Part shown: piece after piece, positions 13,203 to 27,237 of the stretch
How positions within the stretch are numbered: the first letter of the stretch is position 1
Layout: each line of letters opens with the position of its first letter
Source of the DNA: Octopus vulgaris
Lineage: Eukaryota
Assembly: GCA_951406725.2 (NCBI GenBank)
Contig: OX597830.1
Location: 13,330,001 to 13,394,000 of the forward strand
Direction: 5' to 3'
DNA length: 64,000 bases
Notes under the pieces: model-generated
Seen by the model: the letters and a program-made list of their open reading frames with translations, nothing else
Told to the model about the DNA's origin: nothing
Database searches by the model: none
Program-made: the position numbers and the translations under genes

Positions 13203-13345
13203 ACAATGCATTTGAAAGCATCAGAATACAACAAAGACAGTATCCTACAATGCATTTGCAGTATCAGAGCTGATTCCAACATTTGGGATACTTGACTGGT
13301 TTGTAGAGAAAATCCATTCCATAGACATTAAAACCCGCGAAATAG
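13203..13345 (+). mobile_element. short R4/Dong-type LINE fragment
   Basis: Encodes YNAFAVSELIPTFGILDWFVEKIHSIDIKTRE, matching HNAFAVPVLIPTFGILDWSVDEIHSIDIKTRK of the LINE at 58340-58435. Confidence 0.8.
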
Positions 13346-14187
13346 ACATCAACTGTAAATTTCTACACATGTATAAACGTAAATAATGTACATAATTTCT
13401 CATCTCTTAAATATAGAACAGTTGACAATATGCTCACACATTCCCGGCTACGAGTTTCTGGTTCGAGCCTGCTGCACAATGACTATGGGAAGTGTTGTCC
13501 AATCTATCTGTGGTTCAGTCAAGGCATCGTGAGTGAAATTTGCGTGGAGACTCTCTCTTTTCGGTGGAAGAGCTAATCCGTAACTCGGTTTTCCATTATT
13601 GGACTTTTGAGTGCTTCTAGTGGGGAGTGAGTTGTTGCAAGCATTCGGACCAAATTTCTGAATAGTGAATAACTCCGTTCCATCCTTTCACCAGTCTTTG
13701 AGGTCTTGAAATGGGTCCTGTGTGAGTCTTTTCCGTTTCTCATTAAACTGTAGAGCCTAGTTCTTATATTGCTACCTACTTTGAACAATTGATCGGCGCA
13801 GATCTTATCTACGGACACAGAACCAATGATGAGATATAAACCGTCCATATTCCACATCTTTAATTCAGTATTCTATCTAGTTACTTTGCCATCAATTATA
13901 GGAGACCCACTCCGAGGTGTGATGGGACCAAAAGCAGTGAACGGCAGACTAGTGAAGTGCGGAACAAAAGGAGACTTGGAAGGAATTGAGAATAATTCTT
14001 TTGTTTTGTGAAACAATGAATCTTGAATTACATAAATCTATAAATAATAGCATTTAAATATTGTATTAAAAAAGTCTTTGGATAGAAAATGTCGAATGCT
14101 GCTGTCGGAGTTCGAACCCATATGTCCTGTAAACATGTAATATTCAAAATTTCATTAAGGACTTGATGCAGTATATGGAAGTGATAT

Positions 14188-14345
14188 TGGTTTCCAATTT
14201 TGGCATAAGGCCTGAAATTTCGAGGTAGGCAGTAAATCAATTGCATCGACCCCAGAGCTCAACTTTAGATTATCTACTCCAAAAGGATGAAAGGCGAAGT
14301 CGACCTCGACGGAATTTGAACTAAGAATGTAAAAGGAGGACGAAA
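14188..14345 (-). mobile_element. SINE family A, old partial copy
   Basis: AAAGGATGAAAGGCGAAGTCGACCTCGACGGAATTTGAAC. Confidence 0.7.
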
Positions 14346-14749
14346 TAATATGGATGTGATATTAAGATTGACAATACTTGGATATTTGCATGAAATTATA
14401 AGTTCTGTGCTCGCGTTCCTTTTTAATCAATTCGGTTTCTAAGTTGTTTCCCTTGTCTTTCTTCACAAGAATTATTATTAATGTTAACCATTTACCGGCT
14501 CCTCCATTCATTACGTGTATAATTTATTTTGGTTACAATTTTGTTGGACGTCCACTGCATTATGTTAGCCACCACCGAACTATATTAACCACTGTCTTAG
14601 TGTTTCTAAAACACTCAATACATTTGAGCAGATTCTCTGTCGATGTATTAATAAACGCACGAAGAAATGCGTGCACACATTTTAAAATTTAGCTGCGTAA
14701 TTGTTTTGAGATGCATTTGTATATTCATGTGTATGAGTACTTTTCTCTT

Positions 14750-14832
14750 CGCTCACACACACACACATATGTATGTGTGTATGTGTGTGTGTATGAGTGT
14801 GTGTGTATGTATTTCCATAACATGTCGCAGAA

Positions 14833-14880
<48 letters not shown>

Positions 14881-14893
14881 ATATATGTATATA

Positions 14894-14971
<78 letters not shown>

Positions 14972-15128
14972 TGCACGTATGCATATGTAATACGTGTATG
15001 TATGGCTGTGTATATCTCACTACATCAGCATTCCTGTGAATGTGGGTTTATTTCTGTTTTTTTTTTCACGAATATGTGTAAATATATAGATATGTATATA
15101 TGGATATGTATATATGAATATGTATGTA

Positions 15129-15196
<68 letters not shown>

Positions 15197-15355
15197 CATA
15201 CGTGTGTAGAATCATGTACATATTTACGTACAAAAATTAACCTTTATACACTCACACACACACACATATATATTATACGCATCTGTGTATTAGTGTATGT
15301 GAAGGTGTCTCCGTGCATGCATGCCTGTTTTTAAGTATGAGTATGTCTGCATAAT

Positions 15356-15400
<45 letters not shown>

Positions 15401-15410
15401 CTGTGTGCGT
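14750..15410. repeat. compound (TA)n/(TATG)n/(TG)n microsatellites
   Basis: Directly visible. Confidence 0.95.
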
Positions 15411-15769
15411 GTGCGTCGGAGCGCGCGCGTTAATTTGTGTATGTGGAAGCCAGCGTTCTTGCATGCAAATTTTATTTTATCTGTTGTGTGACTTTTTCCT
15501 TTTACTGAACTGATTCGAAAAGAAAATACGGTTCTATTATATTTCTTCTCCGTTGCTGCATGCCTCTCACTGTAACATGGTGTGTTGACACCTTCTTATT
15601 AGATTTTAATTAAGTTATCATCTCCGTATTATATCATACAGCCAGCTTTAACACAGCCACTGCAGCCGACGCAACGTTTAATTACAGCTTAAGGTTCAAA
15701 TCTTGGGCATGCCTGCCTACCCCCGTCGCCATCTTTCCTCCTTACACGTGTCCTAATTCTCGTCGGTTA

Positions 15770-15775
15770 ACCACC

Positions 15776-15835
<60 letters not shown>

Positions 15836-15843
15836 ACTACTGT

Positions 15844-15889
<46 letters not shown>

Positions 15890-15931
15890 GCTGCTGGTGG
15901 TGGTGGTGATGCTAGTTTTCTTAGCACCAAG

Positions 15932-15982
<51 letters not shown>

Positions 15983-15985
15983 GCA
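15770..15985. repeat. (CTA)n/(CTG)n/(CCA)n trinucleotide repeats
   Basis: Directly visible. Confidence 0.95.
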
Positions 15986-17443
15986 ACCACTCATAGTTTT
16001 GCATCTTTCTACGTGTTTTTCCTCTAAATCTTTATCTTAGCCGTCTCTTTATATCAATGGACAAAAAAAAAAAAGAAAAAGAAAAAGAAAAAGAAAAAGA
16101 AAAATTAAAGAAAAACGAAAGAATGAAAGGAAGGAAGAAAGAAAGAAAGAAAGGAAGAAACGAAGAGAAAAGAAGAGAAAAGGAAAGAACAAAGAAAAAC
16201 CATTTCAGCTGAGTGGAATAAGGATTTGAAAGAACAAGTGAAAATGATTTTAGCTGGAAATTAATGATAGATTTTCAGGATTCCTTATACTGGTAAACGC
16301 AAAAAGACAGCAGAAGAAAAAAGCAGTTCTTAACGGAAATATTTGATGATTTCTATACGAACTAAATTACACTTTGAAGTTAGTCTGTTTTTATAGTCTT
16401 TTGTTGCTGATGTTGTTGTTGTTGTTGCTGCTGTTGTTACCTTTCTTATTTCTATTTTTACTTTTATTTACTTACTTTTTTTTTTCTTTTTTGTTTGATA
16501 TTATTCATTTTCGTCATTAACTTCTATGAGAAGTCTTTAGCTGAAGATGTCTTCTTCTTTTTTTTTTTTTGTCTTTACTTAGCAGAAGGTTTCTTTCATT
16601 AATTCTTGCAGATGATACATAACGTAAGATGAAATTTAAGAAAGATTCAAAGAAAAGCTGGTATATTAGCATTTCGTCGCATTGTTCGGGAAAAGGTGTA
16701 CAGCTTGACTGTGTGAGAAAATAAAAAGTATAAAAGTGATAATAATGGGTTCGACTTAAAAGTTGGTCGCTGGGAAATGAATGTTCAAAAACATGATATT
16801 ATTAACGATTAGATGCTAAAGAAAGATGAATATCGATTGTTCTCAACTGACGGAGTTGTTGGCTTTCTGTAGGTAAATCATGTTAAACTTTCTTCAATAC
16901 TTGATAAATAAATTGTTTCATGAAAAGTTATGATACGCGTGTTTGGCGTGGATGGAATGTTTCTGAATTGAATCCGTTGAATTTACCAACAAATAATACT
17001 ATATTAACATCATGCTGGTTCTTTTGCTTTTTTTTATTTGCTCATGCATTATTAAAGAATCCTATTAAAATTAATAAAGAAGCTAAATCAAGCAATATTA
17101 CTGTTGCAACAGTTGTTTGTGTCATTATTGCTAATGTCACAGTTACCGCAGGTGTGTTGTTATTACCTGCTGTGTTATGATTGCTGTTGGTTTTTGTGTT
17201 TGGTGCCACGTAGCGAATGGCCTTACCCCCTTCAAGGATTGTCTGACTACTGCTTAATAAACGTTACAAACAGCTCTGCGCAAAATACACTCACTCCGAA
17301 ACCCCTTGTACTTCAAGTCAGTTAATTTGTCGTGTCTGAATATGCTCTATATCAACTATTCTTCATAGTAAATGTGCTGCACTTTGCTCCATTTGAAAAC
17401 AGCACAACTGAAACCACCGTTTGGAATATGTCCCTTCATACCT

Positions 17444-17676
17444 ATTTCTTTATTACCCAAAAGGGGTTAAACATAGAGGGGACAAACAAGGACAGACATA
17501 GGTATTAAGTCGATTACATCCACCCCAGTGCGGAACTGGTACTTAATTTATCGACCCCGAAAGGATGAAAGGCATAGTCAACCTCGGCGGAATTTGAACT
17601 CACAACGTAACGACAGACGAAATACCGCTAAGCATTTCATCCGGCGTGCTAACGTTTCTGCCAGCTCGCCGCCTTC
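17444..17676 (-). mobile_element. SINE family A with target-site duplication
   Basis: TSD GTCCCTTCA(T/C)ACCT at 17430-17443 and 17677-17690. Confidence 0.92.
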
Positions 17677-17699
17677 GTCCCTTCACACCTTTCACGTAG

Positions 17700-18765
17700 T
17701 CATGGCCCACAACTCCCAAATGATTTATTAGCAGACGTGAATGAATAATAGATGTCCAAGTGAAGAATATTGTTTATAACACTTGGAGAGAGTCGCCCAT
17801 CGCCACACCTAACAAAACGTTGGTCAGGTGAGCAAAAGATGTTTGTTTATCACTCAGCCCATATTATCTCTCATCGAAATTGCACCCATTTCTGCGCAGG
17901 CTTTTCAGAAATTTTCACTACTCCACAGAAAAAATTGTTCTCTAAGTAGAATTCCTGCTCCTAAACCAACCATTCGCTCTCCGATTTGCTTTCCAATTCT
18001 GTACTACACACACATGACAATACGCTTCCTAAAGTCTCCCATTCACTCGACACATACACTCTTACTATTACATACAATCATAAATACGAAAACTCTTCTA
18101 TTTTCTCCAATCTAACACTGAGATTGGTCATGCCGACGTCTGTTCTTTTAGCTCAAATAGTTTGTTTTAGAGTTTGCTCCTACCATCGCTAGACCCTGCA
18201 ATCTTTCTCTCTATATGGGAACCCCCCCACCACTAGTCTATGAGAACGTGTCGATGTTTCTACATCCCTGGAATCTCAGTATGTCAACTGCGCTACCACT
18301 TCAAACATCTTTAGCATTTTGGTTGATAAAGCCTTTACATGGTCCTTCGGCTTACAAGAAATAACAGCCAAATCTCTCTTAAACTACATCCTGTCGTTTT
18401 AATTAAGGATGAAGACAATAAACAGTGTAGTCGTAGATAGTCCTTAAAAGACTGGAACTGCTTATTAATTCTTGTTAGAACATTTTTGATCATGATAATC
18501 CTGAAGTTAAACAGCAATAAAATTTCCACAAGTCTAAGAACGGATTTAAACAATCGTAAAAAAAAAAAAAAGGAAAAAATATCTCCTTGCTTCACAAACT
18601 CAAGTTTCTCTCCCTTTGCAGCTCTTGTAAAGTGAGATCGTTACTCTACTCTTTTACATGCAAAGGTCTCTTGTTTTTGTAAACTTCAGTTAAACGTAAT
18701 TGTTAACTTTGATATCAGAAAAGCTTTCGATTGTGTTTGGTAGGGGAACCTTTAACTAAGTTAAC
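17700..18765 (+). mobile_element. possible highly decayed CR1/L2-type LINE remnant
   Basis: DIRKAFDCVW (RT motif D..KAFD.V) at ~18711-18740; upstream extent is a guess. Confidence 0.35.
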
Positions 18766-19449
18766 CAACCGATGGATCAGAGCAGTCACTCGATCTGCTG
18801 AAAAATAGCAGTTAAGTCTCCCTCTAACCCCACTCTTAAATGGTGAAGAGACCTGTGTATCCTGGTTAAAATAGTACTCGATAAAGACACGTTTAAAAGA
18901 GCAAGAGGATTATGACTAGAAAGCCTTTGATCATAGATCTCGATGATCGCTGAATTGGGTTAGGGTTAGGGTTGATATTAGCAACAGAAACTGGTTACAT
19001 AAGCCACTCACGAAAGACAAAAACACAGAGAGTCACACACAACTGTACAACATTTGTAGAAGAAATAAGGAAAGTAAAATGGCTGACAAACATATTTAGA
19101 GCATTCCACAAGTATCGTATTGTACCACTACAAAGAAAAACTAACAGCTGTTAACAAACAATACGTTAGATCCATCGTCAACCATACTAGTTCTATTTAG
19201 GTCCCTAATGCAGCAGCGCCACAAACTACGAATAATATATAACAGAATACTTCGCAACATCTCAGGTTGCTCACAGGCTACGGCCACTGAGTATCTATAC
19301 AGGCATGGCCGTATGGTAAGAAGCTTGCTTCCCAGCGCATGCGTTGGTCAGAGTTTTTTTTTGCACTGCTAGGAGTCACAATACCACGTCAGGCATTTTT
19401 TTTTCGGGGGGGGGGGGGATTCAGTGGGGGTTTGTTGCTCGTGTTTATT

Positions 19450-20935
19450 TATTGTTTATAACTTGTAATCTGGATAGAGTAACTATAAATTTCTCAATAG
19501 TTCAACGTAGGGATTCTCTTTTTCATTGATCTTCAGCTTTATGTTAGCATCCACTGGACAGCTGATTTTCATAACTGTACGCAGTTTCTCTTCTCTATCC
19601 CAAATCATTATATCATGTCTATTGTGTTGACATTTTATTGAGGTTTTCACTGGGACATTCCACTAGTATTCCTTTTTATTATGAGTAGCTATAGCATCCA
19701 CCATACAATGAGTTATTATTTCTTTGTCATCGGGGTTATCCTTTCGATGAATCCTGTTATATAGTGCCCTAGCTACAACATCATGTCTCATCGGTAGATA
19801 ATAACCGTGATGACATTTTCCGACAACTGCTTATGATGTGGGTGATATCTTCGGTGTTAACTTCACAAAGTCTGCTTCGGTTGTCACATTTTACTGCTTT
19901 TCTGCGTCGCCGTTCTTTTGTGCATCTGGTATTTAGTTGGTATTTCCTGTTCCTAGATTGCAAACGCATACCCTTCAAAGTGGGAGATAGTATTCCAGTT
20001 GTTGGTCCATGATAGACTGCTTTGATGATTTTACTATCATGTCGGAGCTTTCTACTAACATATCCATGCATAGGCTTCTGCCCATATATGCCTATCTTTT
20101 CATATGATGATACATTGCGGTAGTGGTGCGACTTCTTTGGGCATGTATTTAAGGTTATCAGACAAGGAATGCAGCTCAAGTAGTTGCTTTCCAAGTCTCA
20201 TGATGTTATCAGCCTCATGTATGCAAACATGGTGAAGGGAAGCATTTCGACACTTGGTGGTTAAAAGATGTTGCCGAAGGGATATTATACGACATTCAAA
20301 GGCATTTTGGATCGATGTTGTACCTCTACCGCCTTGTTTTCATTTTAGGGAGAGGCGGTGTCCGTTACTGTTGATGTGGAAATTATGTGTCCTTGTTAGT
20401 ATCTTCCAGATTTTCACATCAATGGCTCGGATCCCACCAAACATCCAATCAAGCAGACCAAATGTTGGTATGAGTACTGGCACTGCAAAGACATTGTGGG
20501 ACACTATTTTATTGAATGCAGAGAGTTCTGAGGTTCAAATTTTCTTTATTCGCCTGTAATATTCTTTAGTGACAGGTGTTTTGTTATAGGTACATTCCTC
20601 ATCAGATATAGGGGAAACAGTTAAGTCATTGATGGAGATGTTGCTAGTCTGGTTTACAGTTTTCCCTCTTTTCACAACCATATGGCAACATTTAACCTGA
20701 CCAAACTCCAACCGTATATCCTTTGAGAGTATTGTAACTAGGTCAAGATTTTTTCACTTCGTGCATATTCTTTGCATGTAGTTTCAAGAACCTGTGTAAT
20801 TTTGGTATTCCTGTTTCCTTGTGAACCAGTGAGATATCCTTCGGGCTTCCTTAACATGAATGACAAGGGGTTTACAGAAAATATAAACATCACAGAAAGG
20901 CTGTCCCCTTGGAATATGCCCCTGCGATACTGCAT
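19450..20935 (-). mobile_element. R4/Dong-type non-LTR retrotransposon fragment (RT C-terminal half, CCHC finger, restriction-like endonuclease), 5' truncated
   Basis: RGIFQGDSLS..F...VNPLSFML, AFNKIVSHNVFAVPVLIPTFGLLDW, RLCEVNTEDITHIISSC, LPMRHDVVA, KISCPVDANI; frameshifted. Confidence 0.88.
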
Positions 20936-20956
20936 TCTATCAGTATGATAGTGCAG

Positions 20957-21110
20957 TATGTATGTATGTATGTATGTATGTATGTATGTATGTATGTATG
21001 TATGTATGTATGTATGTATGGTTGGGTGTTTGGTTGGCAGGCTTGATAAATGAATGGATGAATGGATGAATGGATGAATGGGTGAATGGATGAATGGATG
21101 GATGCATGCA
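20957..21110. repeat. (TATG)n and (GGATGAAT)n repeats
   Basis: Directly visible; adjoins the LINE 5' junction. Confidence 0.93.
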
Positions 21111-21499
21111 TACAGGTGCCGATGATAATACCGGACGTGAGAAAGTCGAATGCGAAAAGGCCAAAATCAAACAACTTAAAAGTCAGAATACCGAAATCTT
21201 GAAAGACTTAATACTCAGAAGACCGAACTTTGAAATATTTTGCAAGAAAAAGTTCGGAAAACTGTCTTAAAAGATTTATTTACGGTTATAAACCTGTTTT
21301 TATTACAACTTATTTACTTTCCAAATGCAACATCAAAATATGACAGCCAAAGGAAATTTGGTGAGAGTATTTAGTTACAGGGATACGATACTGAGGACAT
21401 AGATGAAATTTTAAAATATTTTATGGAATATTTCGTTTTTTATATTCTTTCACTATTAAATATATTCTCCTTAACGGCTTTTCGTCCGTCATTAACATT

Positions 21500-21835
21500 T
21501 GAGTTCAATTTCTGCCGGGGTCGACTTTATCTTTCATTCTTCGGAGTCGATGAAATAAGTACCAGCTGAAGACTGGGGTCGATGAGATTGACTTACCTAC
21601 TCCCCTGAACTTGCTGGTCTTGTGCCGAAATTTGAAATCAATATTGAATATATTCTTCAGGCGACATGCTGGTAGAATTGCCATCGTGCCGAGCGAAATG
21701 CTTAGCAGCATTTCGTCCACTTTTACTTTCTGAGTTCAAATTCAGCTGAGGTCAAATTGCCTTTCATCCTTTGAGGGTTGATAAAACAAGTACCCATCCT
21801 CGAACTTGCATGCCTTGTACCAAAATTTGAAATCA
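21500..21835 (+). mobile_element. two adjacent old SINE family A copies
   Basis: GAGTTCAA(A/T)TT...GTCGA/CAAAT..CTTTCAT(T/C)CTT...GATAAA/GATGAAA motifs at ~21500-21640 and ~21659-21835. Confidence 0.7.
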
Positions 21836-22428
21836 ATACAAATGTAAACAAACCAAACGAAAGTTCAAATATGCAAATTAGGTCACCTACTAAATCACTT
21901 GCTTCGTGACTATTTTGTATAGCAACTGATTTGTGCAGTATAGTTTGTACTATATTCTAACTGATTGATTGAGGAAGTAAGCTAGGTACGTCTCCTCTGA
22001 CAAGCAATCGACAAACTATAAAACGCCAGGACACTCTCCCTCTTATCAATACCATAGAATGAATGAGTTCACCTTTTTATTTAATTCAGTGATACTATAT
22101 AATGGCTAAATATATTTCAGTTGTGATTTACAAGGTGCTCTGCATAAAATATTGTTTAATTAATGACGAGCTGTTAAAGACACAAATATACTAATTATAT
22201 TTTTTCCGCCACCACCGCGCTACCCTAATTTACGACTACTTTATACAGCTGTTAATCCATGCTATTGATTGGGGAAAGAAGCCGAGTCGATCTTCTCTCA
22301 GGAGAAGCAGTCTACATACCATGATGTTGTACATCACGAGTCTCCCTTCCACCTTTTTCTTCACATTAATAGCATAGAAGCAATGAATTAACATTTTTAT
22401 TTAACCGATTGTAAGGTATTCAAATGTT

Positions 22429-22430
<2 letters not shown>

Positions 22431-22460
<30 letters not shown>

Positions 22461-22935
22461 CATACATACATAAATACATACATACAAACATACATACATA
22501 CATACATAAATACATACATACATACAAACATACATACATACATACATACATACATGCATGCATACATACATACATACATACATACATACATACATTCATA
22601 CATACATACATGCATACATACATACATACATACAAACATACAAACATACATACATACATGCATGCATGCATACATACATACATACATATATACATACATG
22701 CATGCAAGCATGCATACATACATACGCACACACACACACATACATACATACATACATACATACATACATACATACATGCATACATACATACATACATACA
22801 TACATACATGCATGCATACATACATACATACATACATACATACACACACACATACATACATACATACATACATACATACATACATACGTACATGCATGCA
22901 TACATACATACATACATACACACACACAAACACGC

Positions 22936-22999
<64 letters not shown>

Positions 23000-23020
23000 A
23001 CGTGTGTCCATGTATGTATA
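22431..23020. repeat. long (TACA)n array ending in (CA)n(TA)n
   Basis: Directly visible. Confidence 0.98.
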
Positions 23021-23102
23021 TATAGTTGCAAATGCCAGATTGGACGTAGAGTGAGTGGTAGAAAAGACGAGCCTTGAGACATACCAGCATTGATAGATTG
23101 TT

Positions 23103-23104
<2 letters not shown>

Positions 23105-23172
<68 letters not shown>
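23105..23172. repeat. (GA)n microsatellite
   Basis: Directly visible. Confidence 0.97.
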
Positions 23173-23175
<3 letters not shown>

Positions 23176-23279
23176 AGATAGAAAGAGACAGTAAAAGAGA
23201 GAAAGAGTGGGAAAGAGAAAGAGAGAAAAGAGAGAGGAGAGAGGTGTTGGAGAATACGTTGTAGCTAATGGCTGTTCCC

Positions 23280-23500
23280 GGTATTGATAAAAGTATTATA
23301 TTATGTGTAAAGCTTGGTAAAGTTATTGGATAATTACCGCGATTATTGGTAAGACTAGCGAATGATAACTCAGATTATGCATAAAGCTACAACCGAATGA
23401 GAACAGTTATTAGTAGAGCTACTACACAGTGACAGAGATTACTGATAAACCTTACTACATAACAACTGATTGTTGGCAAAGTCACAACATAATGATAGCG
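23280..23500. repeat. degenerate ~31-33-bp minisatellite (GATTATTGGTAAAGCTACAACATAATGACAGA-like)
   Basis: At least 5 consecutive units; resumes at 23910-23985 and 24635-24670; similar array at 29310-29610. Confidence 0.6.
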
Positions 23501-23522
23501 ATTCATAGGAAATCCGATATAT

Positions 23523-23910
23523 TGTGTGGTAAGTAGCTTGCTAACCAACCACATGGTTCCGGGTTCAGTCCACTGCGTGGCATCTTGGGCAAGTGCCTTC
23601 CGCTATAGCCCCGGGCCGACCAATGCCTTGTGAGTGGATTTGGTAGACGGAAACTGAAAGAAGCCCGTCGTATATATGTATATATATATATATATGTGTG
23701 TGTCTGTGTCTGTGTTTGTCCCCCTAGCATTGCTTGACAACCGATGCTGGTGTGTTTACGTCTCCGTCACTTAGCGGTTCGGCAAAAGAGACCGATAGAA
23801 TAAGTACTGGGCTTACAAATAATAAGTCCCGGGGTCGATTTGCTCGACTAAAGGCGGTGCTCCAGCATGGCCGCAGTCAAATGACTGAAACTAGTAAAAG
23901 AGTAAAAGAG
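23523..23910 (+). mobile_element. SINE family B
   Basis: Family B, a few 5' nt missing, tail AAAAGAGTAAAAGAG. Confidence 0.9.
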
Positions 23911-23991
23911 TATAGTATAATGACAGAGAGACTTCTGGTAAAGCTACAAGATATTGAAAGAGATTGTTGTTAAGCTTATATGAAGTTATAT

Positions 23992-24622
23992 TGGTGCAGG
24001 TTTTTGGTGGGGTGTGTTTAACGAGTTAGCTTTGCGACAACGTGGTTTCGAGTTCAGTGGCATTGCATGGCACCTTGGTCAAGTATCTTCTATTATAGCC
24101 CCAGACCGAGCAATGTCTTGTAAATGAATGCGGTAGATAGAAACTGTGAGGAAGTTTGTCGTGTATGCGTGTGTATGTGTGTGCGCATGTATACGAGAGG
24201 GGGCTGAAAAGTTTCTGGCTTTGGGTAAAAGAAAATACAGGAGGATCTGTTAATTATGGTTTTAATCAAAATATTCCTCTCTCAGATTCACACACTTACT
24301 CCAGTGGCCCTTCACGTTTTCTAAGCCCTGTAAAAGAACTCAGAAGGCTGGGCCTCCAGCCAATCCTTTCGCGATACCCTTAAAGCCAGGGACTTTTCAG
24401 CACGCCCTTGTGTGTGTGTGTATGCTTATGTGTATGAATGTATGCATGTGTTTGTACACCACTACTACTTCATAACCGACTTTGGTTTGTTTACGTCCAG
24501 ATAACTTCGCAGTTCGGCAAAAGCGACCAATAGAATAAGTACCAAACTTAAAAAGTTGACTAAACCCTTGAAGGAGTTGCCCCAGCATGGCCCCAATTCA
24601 ATGAATGGAAAAAAATAAAAAG
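23992..24622 (+). mobile_element. old SINE family B interrupted by a MITE
   Basis: Diverged 5' half at 23992-24165 and 3' half at 24450-24622. Confidence 0.7.
24194..24410. mobile_element. mariner-type MITE
   Basis: TA|CGAGAGGGGGCTGAAAAGTTTCTGGCTTT ... AAAGCCAGGGACTTTTCAGCACGCCCTTG imperfect TIRs. Confidence 0.75.
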
Positions 24623-24670
24623 GAACAAATCATGGTAGAGATTTTTAGTAAAGCTATTATATAATCATTA

Positions 24671-24995
24671 GTGGTACTCCGTCTGTTACGACGACGAGGG
24701 TTCCAGTTGATCCGATCAACGGATCAGCCCGCTTGTTAAATTAATGTGCAAGTGGCTGAGCACTCCACAGACACGTGTACCTTCAACGTAGTTCTTTGGG
24801 ATATTCAGCGTGACACAGAATGCGACAAGACCGACCCTTTGAAACACAAGTACTAATGATTTTTGCCAGCTGAGTGGAGTGGAGCAAGGGGAAATAAAGT
24901 GTCTTGCTCAAGGACACAAGTGGCCGCTGGGAATCGAACACGCGATCTTACGACTGTGAGCCGAATACGCTAACCACTAAGCCGCGTGCCTTCAC
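24671..24995 (-). mobile_element. tRNA-derived SINE: family D core plus the tail shared with the 36717 SINE
   Basis: Minus-strand head GTGAAGGCACGCGGCTTAGTGGTTAGCG...GTGTTCGATTCC, core CTTGAGCAAGACACTT...CACTCAGCTG, tail ...GGAACCCTCGTCGTCGTAACAGACGGAGT. Confidence 0.85.
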
Positions 24996-25716
24996 ATACA
25001 TGTATACACACATATATACATACATAAATAAATACATACATACATACATACATACATAAATACATACATACATACATACACATACATACATGCATACATA
25101 CATACATACATACATACATACATACATACACATACATACATGCATACATACATACATACATACATACACATACATACATGCATACATACATACATACATA
25201 CATACATACACATACATACATGCATACATACATACATACATACATACATACAAACATACATGCATACATACATACATACATACATACACATACATACATA
25301 CATACATACATACATACATACATACATACATACATACATACATACATACATACATACATACATACATACATACATACATACATACATACATACATACATA
25401 CATACATACATACATACATACATACATACATACAAACATACATACACATACATACATACATACATACATACATACATACATACATACATACATACATACA
25501 TACATACATACATACATACATACAAACATACATACATACACATACATACATGCATACATACATACATACATACATACATACATGCATACATACAAACATA
25601 CATACATACACATACACACATACATACATACATACATACATACATACATACATACATACATACATACATACATACATACATACATACATACATACACACA
25701 CACATACACACACACA
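24996..25716. repeat. long (TACA)n array
   Basis: Directly visible. Confidence 0.98.
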
Positions 25717-25898
25717 TCAGGTAATCCCATAAATAATGTCCAGACTTCTATACTTCAATTTGCAAACGCTTTAACAGTATTTCAGAATGTCTAATGGCAT
25801 CAAGTAATATTTATGCGTATTTGTATATATTTAAACTAATTAAATTTCCTTTTGCGGGATAGTCTAATTGAAATTTCACTAATTATAGCTCTTCAAAC

Positions 25899-27020
25899 AT
25901 GAAAGCGACTAAAGAGCATTTGAGGCACATAATGCTTTATGAGTTTTAAAAAAAAGGGAACTCTGCAGTTGAAGCGACTCGAAATATTCCCTCAGCTTAT
26001 GGAGAAGAGTGCCAGAATGAAAGAACTTGCAGAAAATGGTTTTGTAAAATACAGAAGTGGAGATTTCAGCCTTGAAGATGAGAACCGAACAGGACGTCCA
26101 ATTGAGTTTGATGACAAGCAACCCAAAATCAAGAACCTCGAGCTCTTCGAAGCGGACCTAGTAGGCGTCATTCCTAAGCCAAAGTTCCATGAGTCCTCTT
26201 ACTCCTTCCAACGCAGGTTCTGTGCCGACATTAGAAAAAGATCATGCGGTTTCAGTTGAAGAATTGGCAAGCAAGCTTCGTTCAAGTCATACAACTGTTC
26301 ACCGTCATCTTCAACAGTTTGGAAAGGTCCCAAAACTCGGAAAATGGGTGCCTCATGATTTGTTTGAAGCCAACCCCAAAACCTGAGTAAACATTTGCTC
26401 CTCTCTTCGTTCTCGTGAACTAATCTGGCCTTTTTGGCACAGACTTGTGACCGGTGATGAAAAATGGGTCTTTCATCAAAATGTTAAGCGTCGTAGATAT
26501 TGGCTTGGTGAAGGGGAAATGCCCAACCACAACCGAAAAGGGAACTCCATGCGAAGATGGTTCTTCTCTCTGTTGGGATTGCAAAGGTGTCACCCACTTT
26601 GAATCACTACCAATTAATGCAACAACCGATGTTCAAATCTACTGTCCGCAGTTAGGGCGTTTGAACGCTGCTTTGAAGAAAAACAGGTCTGCTTTGGTGA
26701 ATCGAAAAGAAATGGTGTTTCATCCGGACAATGCAAGACCCTACACTGCAAAGATCACGTCACAGAAGATCGAAGAACTTGGTTGGGAGAAAATTACTCA
26801 TCTGCCTTATTCCCCAGGCTTTGTTCCTTCAGATTATCATTTGTTCCGCAGTTTACAGAATCATTTGGCTGGATTAACTCTCGAAACAACTGAGGAAGTT
26901 GAAACTGACCTTTCAATGTTCTCTTCGAAACCGAAAGAATTTTATTTTTCACTAATGGGATTCCATAACTTTGAGTAAATGGAAATACGTCATAGATAAT
27001 CATGGAAAGTATGTTGATTA
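25899..27020 (+). pseudogene. mariner DD34D transposase pseudogene
   Basis: MKATKEHLRHIMLYEF, GDFSLEDENRTGRP, KWVPHDL, LVTGDEKWVF, FHPDNARP, HLPYSPGFVPSDYHLFRSLQN; frameshifted and carrying a 115-bp foreign insert. Confidence 0.92.
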
Positions 27021-27099
27021 AGTGTCATTGAAATGTAAGATTTGGTCACTTGTTTTCCTGATTAAAAATCAGGACATTACTAATGAGGTTATATATGTA

Positions 27100-27237
27100 T
27101 AGGAGAAGGCTTGACTGTTTTCCTAACCACAGGTTTCCGGGTTCCGTCCCACAACGTGGCACCTTGAACTGTAGCCTCGGGCTCATCAAAGCCTTGTGAG
27201 TGGAGTTGGTAGGCGGAAACTGAAAGAACCCCATCGT
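27100..27237 (+). mobile_element. SINE family B 5' half, diverged
   Basis: AACCACAGGTTTCCGGGTTCCGTCCCAC...GGAAACTGAAAGAACCCCATCG followed by (TA)n. Confidence 0.7.

Noticed and set aside
16612-16623. Possible 12-nt microexon (TTGCAG|ATGATACATAAC|GTAAGA)
   Set aside because: Splice-like motifs are frequent by chance in AT-rich DNA; no host gene or transcript evidence
18957-18973. GGGTTAGGGTTAGGGTT as a telomere remnant
   Set aside because: Fewer than three full units, with no supporting structure
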